Shown one piece after another: positions 26,809 to 35,644 of a stretch of DNA of 46,415 bases. The notes below the pieces were generated by a model that was given only the letters and a program-made list of their open reading frames with translations, was not told the DNA's origin and searched no databases. Positions within the stretch are counted from its first letter, which is position 1. The number at the start of each line of letters is the position of its first letter. Origin of the DNA: Desulfobacterales bacterium (GTDB lineage Bacteria > Desulfobacterota > Desulfobacteria > Desulfobacterales > UBA5852); assembly GCA_030065275.1 (NCBI GenBank), contig JASJCV010000007.1:1-46415 (forward strand). The letters run 5' to 3'. A program made the position numbers and the translations under genes.

Positions 26809-26896
26809 CATCACAGGAGAAAGGAAATAGGCACCATTCACAATGAGCTGAGGGGCAGTTCGGTTATCGGCTCAACCCAGCGAGAAGGAGGTAAAA

Positions 26897-28459
26897 TTGG
26901 GCTTCGAATTTTTCAAGGAATCCTATGCCGGCAGCGTAAAGGAGATCTCCCTCGGCAAGGGAGACAGCGCGGTTACCGTTGGTGGCGAAACCTGCTATCC
27001 GTTCTACCAGTTCGAAGGAGAGATGCCTCACAAGCCCAGAATCGCGATGGAAATCTGGGATTCTGAACCCGAAGAGTGGCCCGAAGGCGCGTTAGCACCG
27101 TTCAAAGACGTGGTTTCGGACCCGGCCGCCTGGGCCAAAAAGTGCGTCGACGACTACGGGGCCGAGATCATCGTGCTGCAGCTGAAAAGCACCGACCCCA
27201 ACGGTCAGGACGCCAGTCCGGAAGATGCGGCCGCCGTCGTGAAAAAGGTTCTCGCGGCGATCAATGTCCCGTTGATCGTCTGGGGAACCGCCAACCCGCA
27301 AAAAGACGAAGACGTCCTTAAAAAAATAGCCGAAGAGACCCAGGGGGAGCAACTGATTCTCGGACCCGTGGAAGACAAGAACCACAAGGGGATCGGGGCG
27401 GCTGCCATGGGGTTCGGCCACGCCGTTATTTCTTCCTCACCGATTGACGTCAACCTGGCCAAACAGGTCAACATTCTGCTCGAAAACCTCGGCATGCCCA
27501 TGGACCGGGTGATTATCGATCCCACCACCGGCGGTCTGGGCTATGGCCTGGAGTACACCTACTCGGTCATGGAGCGGCTGCGCATGGCCGCCCTGAATCA
27601 GGGCGACGACAAGCTCCAGATGCCGATCATCAACAATGTGGGCAACGAAGTCTGGAAGTGCAAGGAAGCCAAGCAGGACGCCGACGAGGCGCCCACCCTG
27701 GGCGATCCTGAAAAACGCGGGATCATGATGGAGGCCGTGGCTGCGGTCAGCTATCTGGCCTCGGGCGCGGACGTGCTCATCATGCGTCACCCGGAATCGA
27801 TCCGGCTGACCAAAGCGTACATCGACCTGGTCTACAGCGGTGGGTCGGCCACCGACGTGGCGCCGGTCACCAAGCAACTCGACGATGTGGACATCGATCT
27901 GGCCGCCCTGGCCCCGGAGCCTGATCTCAAGATCGAAGAGGAAAAGAAAGCCGCTCCGGCCAAAAAGGCGGCCCCGGCCAAGAAGGCGGCTCCGGCCAAG
28001 GCTGCACCGGCGCCCAAGGCCGCGCCGGCACCCAAGGCGGAAGCCGCTCCGGCCCCGGCGCCGGAACCGGAAGCGCCCAAGGTCGATGCGGCGGCGGAGG
28101 CGGCGGCCAAAGCCGAAGCCGAAGCGGCGGCCAAAGCCAAAGCCGAGGCCGATGCCAAGGCCAAGGCCGAAGCCGATGCCAAGGCTAAAGCCGAGGCCGA
28201 AGCCAAGGCCAAAGCGGACGCCGAGGCCAAGGCCAAAGCCGAAGCCGAAGCCAAGGCCAAAGCGGCAGTGGCCGCCAAGGCCAAGATGGACACCGAGATC
28301 GACGAGTTGCGCGCCCTGCGCGCCAAGGAGCGTGAGAAGCTGGCCGCCGAGCGGGCCGCAGCCGAGGAGCAGGAAAAAACCCTCACGCCGGATGCGGTCC
28401 AGAAGAGCATGGTCGAGAAGCTCATCGACAACGTCAACTGGGTCCACAAACGCCGGTAG
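26897..28459 (+). CDS. acsD: Corrinoid iron-sulfur protein small subunit (AcsD/CdhD) with a ~190-aa low-complexity C-terminal extension; TTG start
   Basis: Conserved from the first residues ([17 protein letters not shown]...[14 protein letters not shown]...PRIAMEIWD...STDPNG...[17 protein letters not shown]). Starts at TTG 26897, 5 nt after AAGGAGG. The first in-frame ATG would delete the conserved N-terminus. Confidence 0.85.
   Translation: MGFEFFKESYAGSVKEISLGKGDSAVTVGGETCYPFYQFEGEMPHKPRIAMEIWDSEPEEWPEGALAPFKDVVSDPAAWAKKCVDDYGAEIIVLQLKSTDPNGQDASPEDAAAVVKKVLAAINVPLIVWGTANPQKDEDVLKKIAEETQGEQLILGPVEDKNHKGIGAAAMGFGHAVISSSPIDVNLAKQVNILLENLGMPMDRVIIDPTTGGLGYGLEYTYSVMERLRMAALNQGDDKLQMPIINNVGNEVWKCKEAKQDADEAPTLGDPEKRGIMMEAVAAVSYLASGADVLIMRHPESIRLTKAYIDLVYSGGSATDVAPVTKQLDDVDIDLAALAPEPDLKIEEEKKAAPAKKAAPAKKAAPAKAAPAPKAAPAPKAEAAPAPAPEPEAPKVDAAAEAAAKAEAEAAAKAKAEADAKAKAEADAKAKAEAEAKAKADAEAKAKAEAEAKAKAAVAAKAKMDTEIDELRALRAKEREKLAAERAAAEEQEKTLTPDAVQKSMVEKLIDNVNWVHKRR
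27950..28285 (+). repeat. Coding low-complexity / imperfect tandem-repeat tract inside acsD
   Basis: Translates as [43 protein letters not shown], followed by (AKAKAEAx)n. At the DNA level this is degenerate 24-nt units of the form GCCAAGGCCAAAGCCGAAGCCGAx. Confidence 0.85.
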
Positions 28460-28518
28460 ACAATCATTCGGAAACGGTTCGACAACTGACAATCCGTTTA
28501 TGCTGAGGAGGAACCTCA

Positions 28519-30549
28519 ATGGCAGAAGCAAAAGATATCAAGAAAAAGGCCAAGAAAGCCAAAACGGCCGATCCCAAGGCATCCAGCATCGATGCCGCCA
28601 CGCAGGAAATGCTGGCCCGCGCCCAGGAACTGGGCATCGAGACCGTGTTCGACCGGGCGGTCACCATGAAACCCTGCAATATCGGGCTCCAGGGCACCTG
28701 CTGCAAACAGTGCGGGATGGGCCCCTGCCGCCTGCCCCTGCCCAAGGATTACGACGAGGCCAGCGACGAGCGCAAAGGGCTTTGCGGCGCCACGGCCAAC
28801 ACCGTCGCGGCCCGCAACTTCCTGCGCATGATCGCCGCCGGCTGCGCGGCGCACTCCGACCACGGCCGCAGCGTGGCCGAAGTTTTCCTGTCCGCGGCGC
28901 GCAAGGAAACCGACGCCTATAAAATCAAGGACGAGCGCAAGCTGCGCGAACTGGCCCCCCACCTGGGGATTGAGACCACGGTGGAAGTGGACGGCGAGAT
29001 CAAGGACCGCGACAAGGACGAGATCGCCCTGGAAGTGGCCGAGAAGGCCCTGGCCGAGTGGGGCAAGGCCGAAGGCGAGCTGGAATTCCTGAAACGCGCT
29101 CCCGGACCGCGTTACGATATCTGGACCAAGCAGGGGGTCAAACCCCGCAGCATCGACCGCGAGGTCGTGGATATCATGCACCGCACCCACATGGGCGTGG
29201 ACCAGGACTACAAGAACCTGATGAAGCAGGGGGCCCGCGCGGCGCTGGCCGACGGCTGGGGCGGCTCCATGCTGGCCACCGAGCTTCAGGACATCCTCTT
29301 CGGCACCCCCTATCCGCTGGTTTCCGAAGCCAACCTGGGCGTCATGAAGGAAGACATGGTCAACATCGTGATTCACGGTCATGAGCCGGTGCTTTCCGAG
29401 GTCATCGTGGAAGTGGCCCAGACCAAGGAAATGATCGACTATGCCAAGGAGAAAGGCGCCAAGGGGATTCAGCTCTCCGGGATCTGCTGCACGGCCAATG
29501 AGATCCTGCAGCGCCACGGTGTGCCTTTTGCCGGCACTTTCCTGCAGCAGGAACTGGCCATCACCACCGGCGCCTGCGACGCCATGGTGGTGGACGTGCA
29601 GTGTGTCTTCCAGAACCTGGCCAACGTGGCCAAGTGCTTCCATACCAAGCTGATCACTACCCATCCGATGGCCCGCATGGAACAGGAAAACGTGGTCCAC
29701 GTCGAATTCGACGAGCACCACGCGCTGCAGGATGCCAAGCGAATCGTGCGCATGGCCATCGATAACTTCCAGAACCGCGGTGACAACGTCATGATTCCCA
29801 AACAGAAATCGCCCCTGGTGGCGGGTTTCAGCGTGGAATCGGTGGAATATCACCTGGGCGGCACCTTCCGCGGCAGCTACTACACCCTGAACGACAACAT
29901 CATCAACGGCCGCATCCGCGGCGTGGCCGGCGTGGTGGGCTGCAACAACGCCCGGGCCAAGCACAACGAGGCCCACATCACCGTGGTCAAGGAACTGATC
30001 AAAAACGACGTGATCGTCCTGACCACCGGCTGCAATGGCATCGCCTGCGCCATGGAGGGGCTCCTGACCCCCGAATCGGCCAAGGTGTTCTGCGGGCCGG
30101 GGCTGGCCGAAGTCTGCGAGACGGTCGGCATCCCGCCGGTGCTCTCGCTGGGATCCTGCGTGGACAACAGCCGCATCCTGCTGGCGGCCACCGAAGTGGT
30201 CAAGGCCGGCGGGCTGGGCAACGACCTGAGCGATCTGCCCGCGGCTGGCAGCGCGCCGGAATGGATGAGCGAGAAGGCGATTGCCATCGGGCAGTACTTC
30301 GTCTCCTCCGGGGTCTACACCGTGTTCGGCACGGTCTTCCCGGCCGAGGGCGCGCCGGTCTTCCAGCGCCATCTCTTCGAAGACATGGAGAAGATGTACG
30401 GCGGCAAATGGGATTTCGAAAAGGATCCCATCAAGCATGCCCGCAAGATGATCGCCCACATCGACGCCAAGCGCAAGGCGCTGGGCATCGACAAAGCCCG
30501 CGAACGGGTCCTGATGGATATGGCCGATCGCCAGGCCATTGAAGGTTAA
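28519..30549 (+). CDS. acsA: Anaerobic Ni,Fe carbon monoxide dehydrogenase catalytic subunit (CODH component of CODH/ACS)
   Basis: 676 aa with the N-terminal cluster cysteines CNIGLQGTCCKQCGMGPCRL, plus HGHEP, GICCTANE, GCNNA and LGSCVDNSR. GAGGAGG RBS. Confidence 0.95.
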   Translation: MAEAKDIKKKAKKAKTADPKASSIDAATQEMLARAQELGIETVFDRAVTMKPCNIGLQGTCCKQCGMGPCRLPLPKDYDEASDERKGLCGATANTVAARNFLRMIAAGCAAHSDHGRSVAEVFLSAARKETDAYKIKDERKLRELAPHLGIETTVEVDGEIKDRDKDEIALEVAEKALAEWGKAEGELEFLKRAPGPRYDIWTKQGVKPRSIDREVVDIMHRTHMGVDQDYKNLMKQGARAALADGWGGSMLATELQDILFGTPYPLVSEANLGVMKEDMVNIVIHGHEPVLSEVIVEVAQTKEMIDYAKEKGAKGIQLSGICCTANEILQRHGVPFAGTFLQQELAITTGACDAMVVDVQCVFQNLANVAKCFHTKLITTHPMARMEQENVVHVEFDEHHALQDAKRIVRMAIDNFQNRGDNVMIPKQKSPLVAGFSVESVEYHLGGTFRGSYYTLNDNIINGRIRGVAGVVGCNNARAKHNEAHITVVKELIKNDVIVLTTGCNGIACAMEGLLTPESAKVFCGPGLAEVCETVGIPPVLSLGSCVDNSRILLAATEVVKAGGLGNDLSDLPAAGSAPEWMSEKAIAIGQYFVSSGVYTVFGTVFPAEGAPVFQRHLFEDMEKMYGGKWDFEKDPIKHARKMIAHIDAKRKALGIDKARERVLMDMADRQAIEG

Positions 30550-30593
30550 CCCTTATTCGTTAACGCTTTATATCCTCAACGAAGGAGGAACGC

Positions 30594-32810
30594 ATGTCCA
30601 AGCTAGTCGCATTCGCCGCCATTCAGGGTGGTTATAATATTGTTTCCAAAGTCGAAGGTGATTACAAAAAGGCCCTGGAAACGTTCAACGCGGACACCCA
30701 GGTCGGCTTCCCGAACACGGCCTATTACCTGCCCGTGATCTATTCGCTCCTGGGGATCAAGGTCGAAACCCTGGAAGACATCCAGCAGGTCCTGGACTTC
30801 TGCCGCAAGATCCTGCCTCCGCATGTGAAGTCCCGCAATCACCTGCCTTACCTCGGCCCCCTTCTGGACGCCGGGATGGCATCCCTCCTGGCTTTCGAGA
30901 TCAAGGAAGCCCTGCGCTACCTCAACGATCCGGATTTCTACCACGTCTCCGAGGAATGCGATCCGGATAACGGCAAACTCTGGCTGGGTGCGGCCGAAGA
31001 CACGGTCTTCCGTAAACGCGGCGTCGAGTTCGTGGACGGCTCGGCCCCCGGTTTCGCGGCCATCGTCGGCGCCTGCCCCTCACCGGAAATCGCCAAGGAG
31101 ATCATCGAGGAATACCAGAAACGCAGCATCTATGTCTTCCTGGCGGCCGGCCACAACGGCACCAGCGTGGCCGAACAACTGGTGGAAGCCGGGGTCCAGG
31201 TGGGCTGGAACACCAAGATCGTGCCTTTCGGCCCGGACATCTCCTCGGCCATCTTCGCACTGGGCTTTGCCAACCGCGCGGCCATGGCCTTCGGCGGGGT
31301 TCAGCCCGGCGACTACAAGAAAATGCTGCTTTACAACAAGAATCGCATTTTCGCCTTCGTGAACGCCTTCGGCGACGTGGGCACCGAGTGGGGTGCGGCT
31401 GCGGCCGGCTGCGTCAACTGGGGTTTCCCGACCCTGGCCGACACGGACATCCCCGAGATTCTGCCGACGGGTGTTTGCACCTACGAACACGTCATCGCCA
31501 ACGTGCCGCATGAGGATATCGTCCAGAAGTCGGTGGAGACCCGTGGTCTCAAGGTCACCGTTTCGGACATCGAGATTCCCTGCAACTTCGGCCCGGCCTA
31601 CGAGGGCGAGCGCGTACGCGGCGCCGATCTCTTCACCCAGATGGGCGGCGGCAAGACCCAGGCCACCGAGCTGGTGAAGATGGCCGAAATGAACGACATC
31701 GAAGACGGCAAGGTGGACGTGGTCGGCCCCGACATCGGTGATGTCAAAGAGGGCGACACCCTGCCGCTGGGTATTTACGTCCAGGTGGCCGGCCGTGAAA
31801 TGCAGACCGATTTCGAGCCCATCCTGGAGCGCCAGATCCACCACCTGGTGAACTACATCCAGGGCGTCATGCACATGGGCCAGCGCGACATCGCCTGGAT
31901 CCGCGTGAGCAAGGCCGCCGTGGAGAAGGGCTTCACCATCAAGGACATCGGGGTCGTGCTGCACGCCAAGTTCCACCAGGACTTCGGCGCCATCCTGGAC
32001 AAGGTCCAGGTGACCCTCTACACCAAGAGCGAAGACGTGGATCCGCTGACCGAAAGGGCCCGGGGCGAGTACAGGACCCGCGACGAGCGTGTCGACAAGA
32101 TGACCGACGAGGATGTGGAGATCTTCTACTCCTGCACCCTGTGCCAGTCGTTCGCCCCCAGCCATGTCTGTGCCGTCAGCCCTGAGCGCACCGGCCTCTG
32201 CGGCGCCTACAACTGGATGGACTGTCGGGCCTCCTACCAGATCAACCCCACTGGCCCCAACCAGCCCATCGAGAAGGGTGAAGTCCTGGATGCCAAGCTG
32301 GGGATGTTCAAGGGCGTCAACGACTTCGTCAACAAGGCCTCCCGCGGCGCCATCACGCAGTATAACTTCTACTCCATGGTGAACGAACCCATGACCACCT
32401 GCGGGTGTTGCGAGTGCATCGCGGCCATGCTGCCGTCCTGCAACGGCGTCATGACGGTCAACCGCGAGTACACCGGTGAGACCCCCTGCGGGATGAAGTT
32501 CACCACCCTGGCTGGTGTGATGGGCGGCGGGGCCTCCTCACCGGGTTTCGTGGGCCACTCCAAGTACAACATCACCCAGCGCAAGTTCATCATGGGTGAC
32601 GGCGGCCTCCTGCGGATGGTCTGGATGCCCAAAGTCCTCAAGGACGAAATCCGGGAGCGCCTGATTGCCCGCGGCGAAGAGCTGGGCCACCCGGATCTGG
32701 TCGACAAGATCGCCGATGAGACGGTCGGGCTGACCGAAGAGGAGATCCTGCCCTTCCTCGAGGAAAAGGGTCATCCGGCGCTGTCCATGCCGCCGCTGAT
32801 CGGCGGCTGA
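30594..32810 (+). CDS. acsB: CO-methylating acetyl-CoA synthase (A-cluster subunit)
   Basis: 738 aa with A-cluster ligands CTLCQSFAPSHVCAVSPERTGLCGA and TTCGCCEC (Cys-Gly-Cys). GAAGGAGG RBS. Confidence 0.95.
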   Translation: MSKLVAFAAIQGGYNIVSKVEGDYKKALETFNADTQVGFPNTAYYLPVIYSLLGIKVETLEDIQQVLDFCRKILPPHVKSRNHLPYLGPLLDAGMASLLAFEIKEALRYLNDPDFYHVSEECDPDNGKLWLGAAEDTVFRKRGVEFVDGSAPGFAAIVGACPSPEIAKEIIEEYQKRSIYVFLAAGHNGTSVAEQLVEAGVQVGWNTKIVPFGPDISSAIFALGFANRAAMAFGGVQPGDYKKMLLYNKNRIFAFVNAFGDVGTEWGAAAAGCVNWGFPTLADTDIPEILPTGVCTYEHVIANVPHEDIVQKSVETRGLKVTVSDIEIPCNFGPAYEGERVRGADLFTQMGGGKTQATELVKMAEMNDIEDGKVDVVGPDIGDVKEGDTLPLGIYVQVAGREMQTDFEPILERQIHHLVNYIQGVMHMGQRDIAWIRVSKAAVEKGFTIKDIGVVLHAKFHQDFGAILDKVQVTLYTKSEDVDPLTERARGEYRTRDERVDKMTDEDVEIFYSCTLCQSFAPSHVCAVSPERTGLCGAYNWMDCRASYQINPTGPNQPIEKGEVLDAKLGMFKGVNDFVNKASRGAITQYNFYSMVNEPMTTCGCCECIAAMLPSCNGVMTVNREYTGETPCGMKFTTLAGVMGGGASSPGFVGHSKYNITQRKFIMGDGGLLRMVWMPKVLKDEIRERLIARGEELGHPDLVDKIADETVGLTEEEILPFLEEKGHPALSMPPLIGG

Positions 32811-32811
32811 T

Positions 32812-32856
32812 CCGGTTAACCGGTGTGCGGGGCGCTGGGCCATCCACGCCCCGCAC
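32812..32856 (+). promoter_or_regulatory. Intercistronic palindrome plus GC-rich hairpin directly after the acsB stop
   Basis: CCGGTTAACCGG is a perfect 12-nt palindrome (32812-32823). It is followed by GTGCGGGGCG (32825-32834) pairing with CGCCCCGCAC (32847-32856), a 10-bp stem with a 12-nt loop. No T tract follows. Confidence 0.4.
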
Positions 32857-32925
32857 GGTCACGAGTGAACACGCAATGGTTCGATTCGCACCCGTGCGAT
32901 CGTATGCATACCCAAGGAGAGAATT

Positions 32926-34266
32926 ATGGCATTAACCGGTATTCAGATTTTCAAACTGCTGCCGAAGACCAACTGCAAGGAGTGCGGTGTTCCCACCTGT
33001 CTCGCGTTTGCCATGAACCTTGCTTCCGGGAAAGCGGAGCTGGACAGCTGCCCCTATGTTTCCGACGAGGCCCGTGAACAACTGGCCGAGGCATCCGCGC
33101 CGCCGATCCGTCCGGTGGTGCTGGGGGCTGGTGTGCGCAAGGCCACCGTAGGCGGGGAAACGGTCCTTTACCGCCACGAGAAGACGTTCTACAATCAGAC
33201 CACGATAGCAGCGCTGCTGTCTTCCGATATGAGCGAAGGCGATGTGGCCGCCAAGCTGAAGGAATGGAATGCGCTGCAGTATGAGCGCGTGGGGCTCAAC
33301 CTGCGGCCCGAACTCGTGGCTCTGAAGGACGCCGGCGGCGATGCCGCCGCTTTTGGTGCCCGGGCCAAGCAGATTGCCGAAACCTCCGAGTTCAACCTGA
33401 TCCTGATGAGCGAGAGCGCCGACGTCATGCAGGCCGGTGTGGAAGCCTGCGCCTTCAAGCGTCCGCTGATCTACGCCGCCACCGATGCCACGGCGGACGC
33501 CTTCGGCGAGCTGGCCAAGGCCAACGACCTGCCGCTGGCCGTCAAGGCCGATTCGGTGGAGGCGCTTGTCCCCCTGACCACCAAGCTCACCGAAATGGGA
33601 CTCAAGGACCTGGTGCTCGACCCTGGTTCGCGCGACGTGCGCCAGTCCCTGGACGACATGGTCGCCATCCGTCGTGCGGCCCTGAAAGACCTCAAACGCG
33701 AGGTGGGTTTCCCCACCATCACCTTCCCCTGCGAAATGGCCTCCAACCTGGACATGGAAACCCTTATCGCCGGTCAGTTCATCGCCAAGTACGGCAGCAT
33801 CGTGGTGCTCTCCGACTTCACCGGGGAAAGCCTGTTCCCGCTGCTGCTCGAGCGCCTGAACATCTACACCGACCCGCAGCGGCCCATGACGGTGACCGAG
33901 GGGATCTTCGAGATCAACAACCCGGACGAGAGTTCCCCTGTCATGGTGACCACGAACTTTGCCCTGACCTACTTCATCGTTTCGGGTGAAATCGAGGCCA
34001 GCAAGGTGCCGGCCTGGCTGCTGATCAAGGACGCCGAAGGCCTTTCCGTCCTCACGGCCTGGGCGGCCGGTAAATTCGCGGGCGACGATGTGGGCATGTT
34101 CGTCAAAAAATCCGGCATTGCCGACAAGGTCAAACACCAGGAATTGATCATCCCTGGCTACGCCGCGGCCATCGCCGGTGACGTGGAAGAGGAACTTCCC
34201 GGCTGGACCATCACGGTCGGTCCGCGGGAAGCGGCGCATATACCGGGCTTCCTTCGCGGGAAATAG
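32926..34266 (+). CDS. acsC: Corrinoid iron-sulfur protein large subunit (AcsC/CdhE)
   Basis: N-terminal 4Fe-4S motif CKECGVPTCLAFAMNLASGKAELDSCPY, followed by the TIM-barrel and B12-binding regions. 446 aa. AAGGAGAG RBS. Confidence 0.9.
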   Translation: MALTGIQIFKLLPKTNCKECGVPTCLAFAMNLASGKAELDSCPYVSDEAREQLAEASAPPIRPVVLGAGVRKATVGGETVLYRHEKTFYNQTTIAALLSSDMSEGDVAAKLKEWNALQYERVGLNLRPELVALKDAGGDAAAFGARAKQIAETSEFNLILMSESADVMQAGVEACAFKRPLIYAATDATADAFGELAKANDLPLAVKADSVEALVPLTTKLTEMGLKDLVLDPGSRDVRQSLDDMVAIRRAALKDLKREVGFPTITFPCEMASNLDMETLIAGQFIAKYGSIVVLSDFTGESLFPLLLERLNIYTDPQRPMTVTEGIFEINNPDESSPVMVTTNFALTYFIVSGEIEASKVPAWLLIKDAEGLSVLTAWAAGKFAGDDVGMFVKKSGIADKVKHQELIIPGYAAAIAGDVEEELPGWTITVGPREAAHIPGFLRGK

Positions 34267-34377
34267 ACTAAATAATTCCGGTGGCGCGTGTGCGGGTGCC
34301 GCCAACGGCGCCTGCTGACGCCCGGTCGCACCCGACATCACGCCGGCCGGAAATGACGAGAAAAAGAGGGAGGTTCT

Positions 34378-35274
34378 ATGTTACTCATCGGTGAAAGTTT
34401 GAACGTTATTTCGACCAAAATCGGCAGGGCCTTCAAGGAGCGGGATCCCAAGCCCATCCAGGAGGAGGCCCTGTTCCAGCGTGAAAAGGGTATGGATTTC
34501 ATCGACATCAACCTGGGGCCGGCCAAAAAGGAAGGTGTCGAGCTGATGCCCTGGGTGGTGCAGACCGTTCAGGAAGTGGTGGACGATGTGCCCCTGGCGC
34601 TGGACACATCCAACATCGATGCCATCGAGGCGTCTCTGAAGGTTATCAAACCCGTTGCCAGCGGCATGTCGCACATCGTCAATTCGATCATGGTACGCCC
34701 CGAACGCTATGAGCGCATGGTGCCCATGACCGCCGACGCCGGGGCCGATTTCATCGCCCTGATGTGGGGACCCGAAGGCCTGCCACGGGACGAGAACGAG
34801 CGCGCCGCCCTGTGTGTCGAGCTGCTCTATTTTGCCAACGAAGCCGGTATTCCCAACGAAAAAATCTGGGTGGACGGGATCGTGACCCCGGTCAACATCC
34901 AGCAGCCCCAGGCCATCAGCCTGATGGAATTCCAGAAAATGCTGCCGGACATGTCACCCGGCGCCCGCAGCACCTGCGGCTTGTCCAATATCTCCAATGG
35001 GCCGCCGGACCACCTGCGTCCCATTCTCAACCAGACCTACATGGTCATGCTGGAGAAATGCGGGATGGAATCCGTGATCGCCGATCCGCTGGACGACCAG
35101 CTGATCGCCATCGCCAAGGGGCAGCGTCAGGATATCGTCGACCTGATCTACGGCATGCTCGACGGCGTGGAGCCGGATGTGGGCTCCCTGTCCAAGGAAA
35201 TGCTCGACTACAAGAAGACCGTGGACGTCATCATGGGCAAAACCCTCTATTCCGACTCCTGGCTGGAGGTTTAA
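34378..35274 (+). CDS. acsE: Methyltetrahydrofolate:corrinoid/iron-sulfur protein Co-methyltransferase (pterin-binding barrel)
   Basis: MLLIGESLN, FIDINLGP, LALDTSN, CGLSNISNG. GAGGGAGG RBS. Last gene before the terminator. Confidence 0.85.
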   Translation: MLLIGESLNVISTKIGRAFKERDPKPIQEEALFQREKGMDFIDINLGPAKKEGVELMPWVVQTVQEVVDDVPLALDTSNIDAIEASLKVIKPVASGMSHIVNSIMVRPERYERMVPMTADAGADFIALMWGPEGLPRDENERAALCVELLYFANEAGIPNEKIWVDGIVTPVNIQQPQAISLMEFQKMLPDMSPGARSTCGLSNISNGPPDHLRPILNQTYMVMLEKCGMESVIADPLDDQLIAIAKGQRQDIVDLIYGMLDGVEPDVGSLSKEMLDYKKTVDVIMGKTLYSDSWLEV

Positions 35275-35302
35275 TCTACAGGTACCAATCGGGAAACACC
35301 AT

Positions 35303-35335
35303 AGAAGCCCTTCCTGCGGGAAGGGCTTTTTTTTT
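35303..35335 (+). terminator. Rho-independent terminator of the acs operon
   Basis: AAGCCCTTCC (35305-35314) pairs perfectly with GGAAGGGCTT (35319-35328), with loop TGCG. A run of 9 T (35327-35335) follows. It lies 30 nt after the acsE stop. Confidence 0.85.
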
Positions 35336-35644
35336 CCCCGTCGGCGCTTTCGCCTGAAAGCGCGCGTTGCACCGGGCCCGCTGTTGTGGCGCCGGTGGGT
35401 ACCGGACGGAAATGGGCGCTGGCTTGCAAATGATACCGGGCTGTGGTAAGCCCAAGGCAATAAAAACTATTGTATTACTTATAAATTTCAATGTGTTGTG
35501 GGATTTGCCCGTTTGCGGCTGCGGATGCCGATCCAGCGGGCGGGAATGCGTCGTGGCGAATCCGGCACGAAGCCGGCATCACCTGGGACACCCGGCGGGC
35601 GCTAGTCTGCCGATGCGTTGCGCGACGCGATCAGGAGGAGGGGC

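Noticed and set aside
26460-26841. Small ORFs in the acs leader (84 aa +, 72 aa +, 82 aa -)
   Set aside because: They have no RBS and an odd composition, they overlap one another, and I recognise no motif. I treat the region as a non-coding leader.
27950-28285. Possible CRISPR-like or non-coding tandem repeat
   Set aside because: The repeats are short, degenerate, have no unique spacers, and lie in-frame inside acsD. This is a coding low-complexity tract, not an array.
27840-28922. 360-aa Arg/Pro/Lys-rich + strand ORF and 364-aa / 217-aa minus-strand ORFs across the acsD repeat
   Set aside because: They are alternative-frame readings of the GCC/AAG/GAA-rich tandem repeat. Only the acsD frame connects to a conserved domain and an RBS.
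28516-30459. 647-aa minus-strand ORF
   Set aside because: It is antisense to the CODH gene, whose cluster-binding cysteine motifs are unambiguous on the + strand.
32932-34341. 469-aa minus-strand ORF, and similar ORFs at 31080..32165 -, 35579..36931 -, 36995..38800 -, 39056..39778 -, 40140..41273 -, 42226..44001 -
   Set aside because: All are shadow ORFs antisense to genes with recognisable motifs (acsC, acsB, the dikinase, GAPDH, CoADR). None has an RBS or a domain signature.
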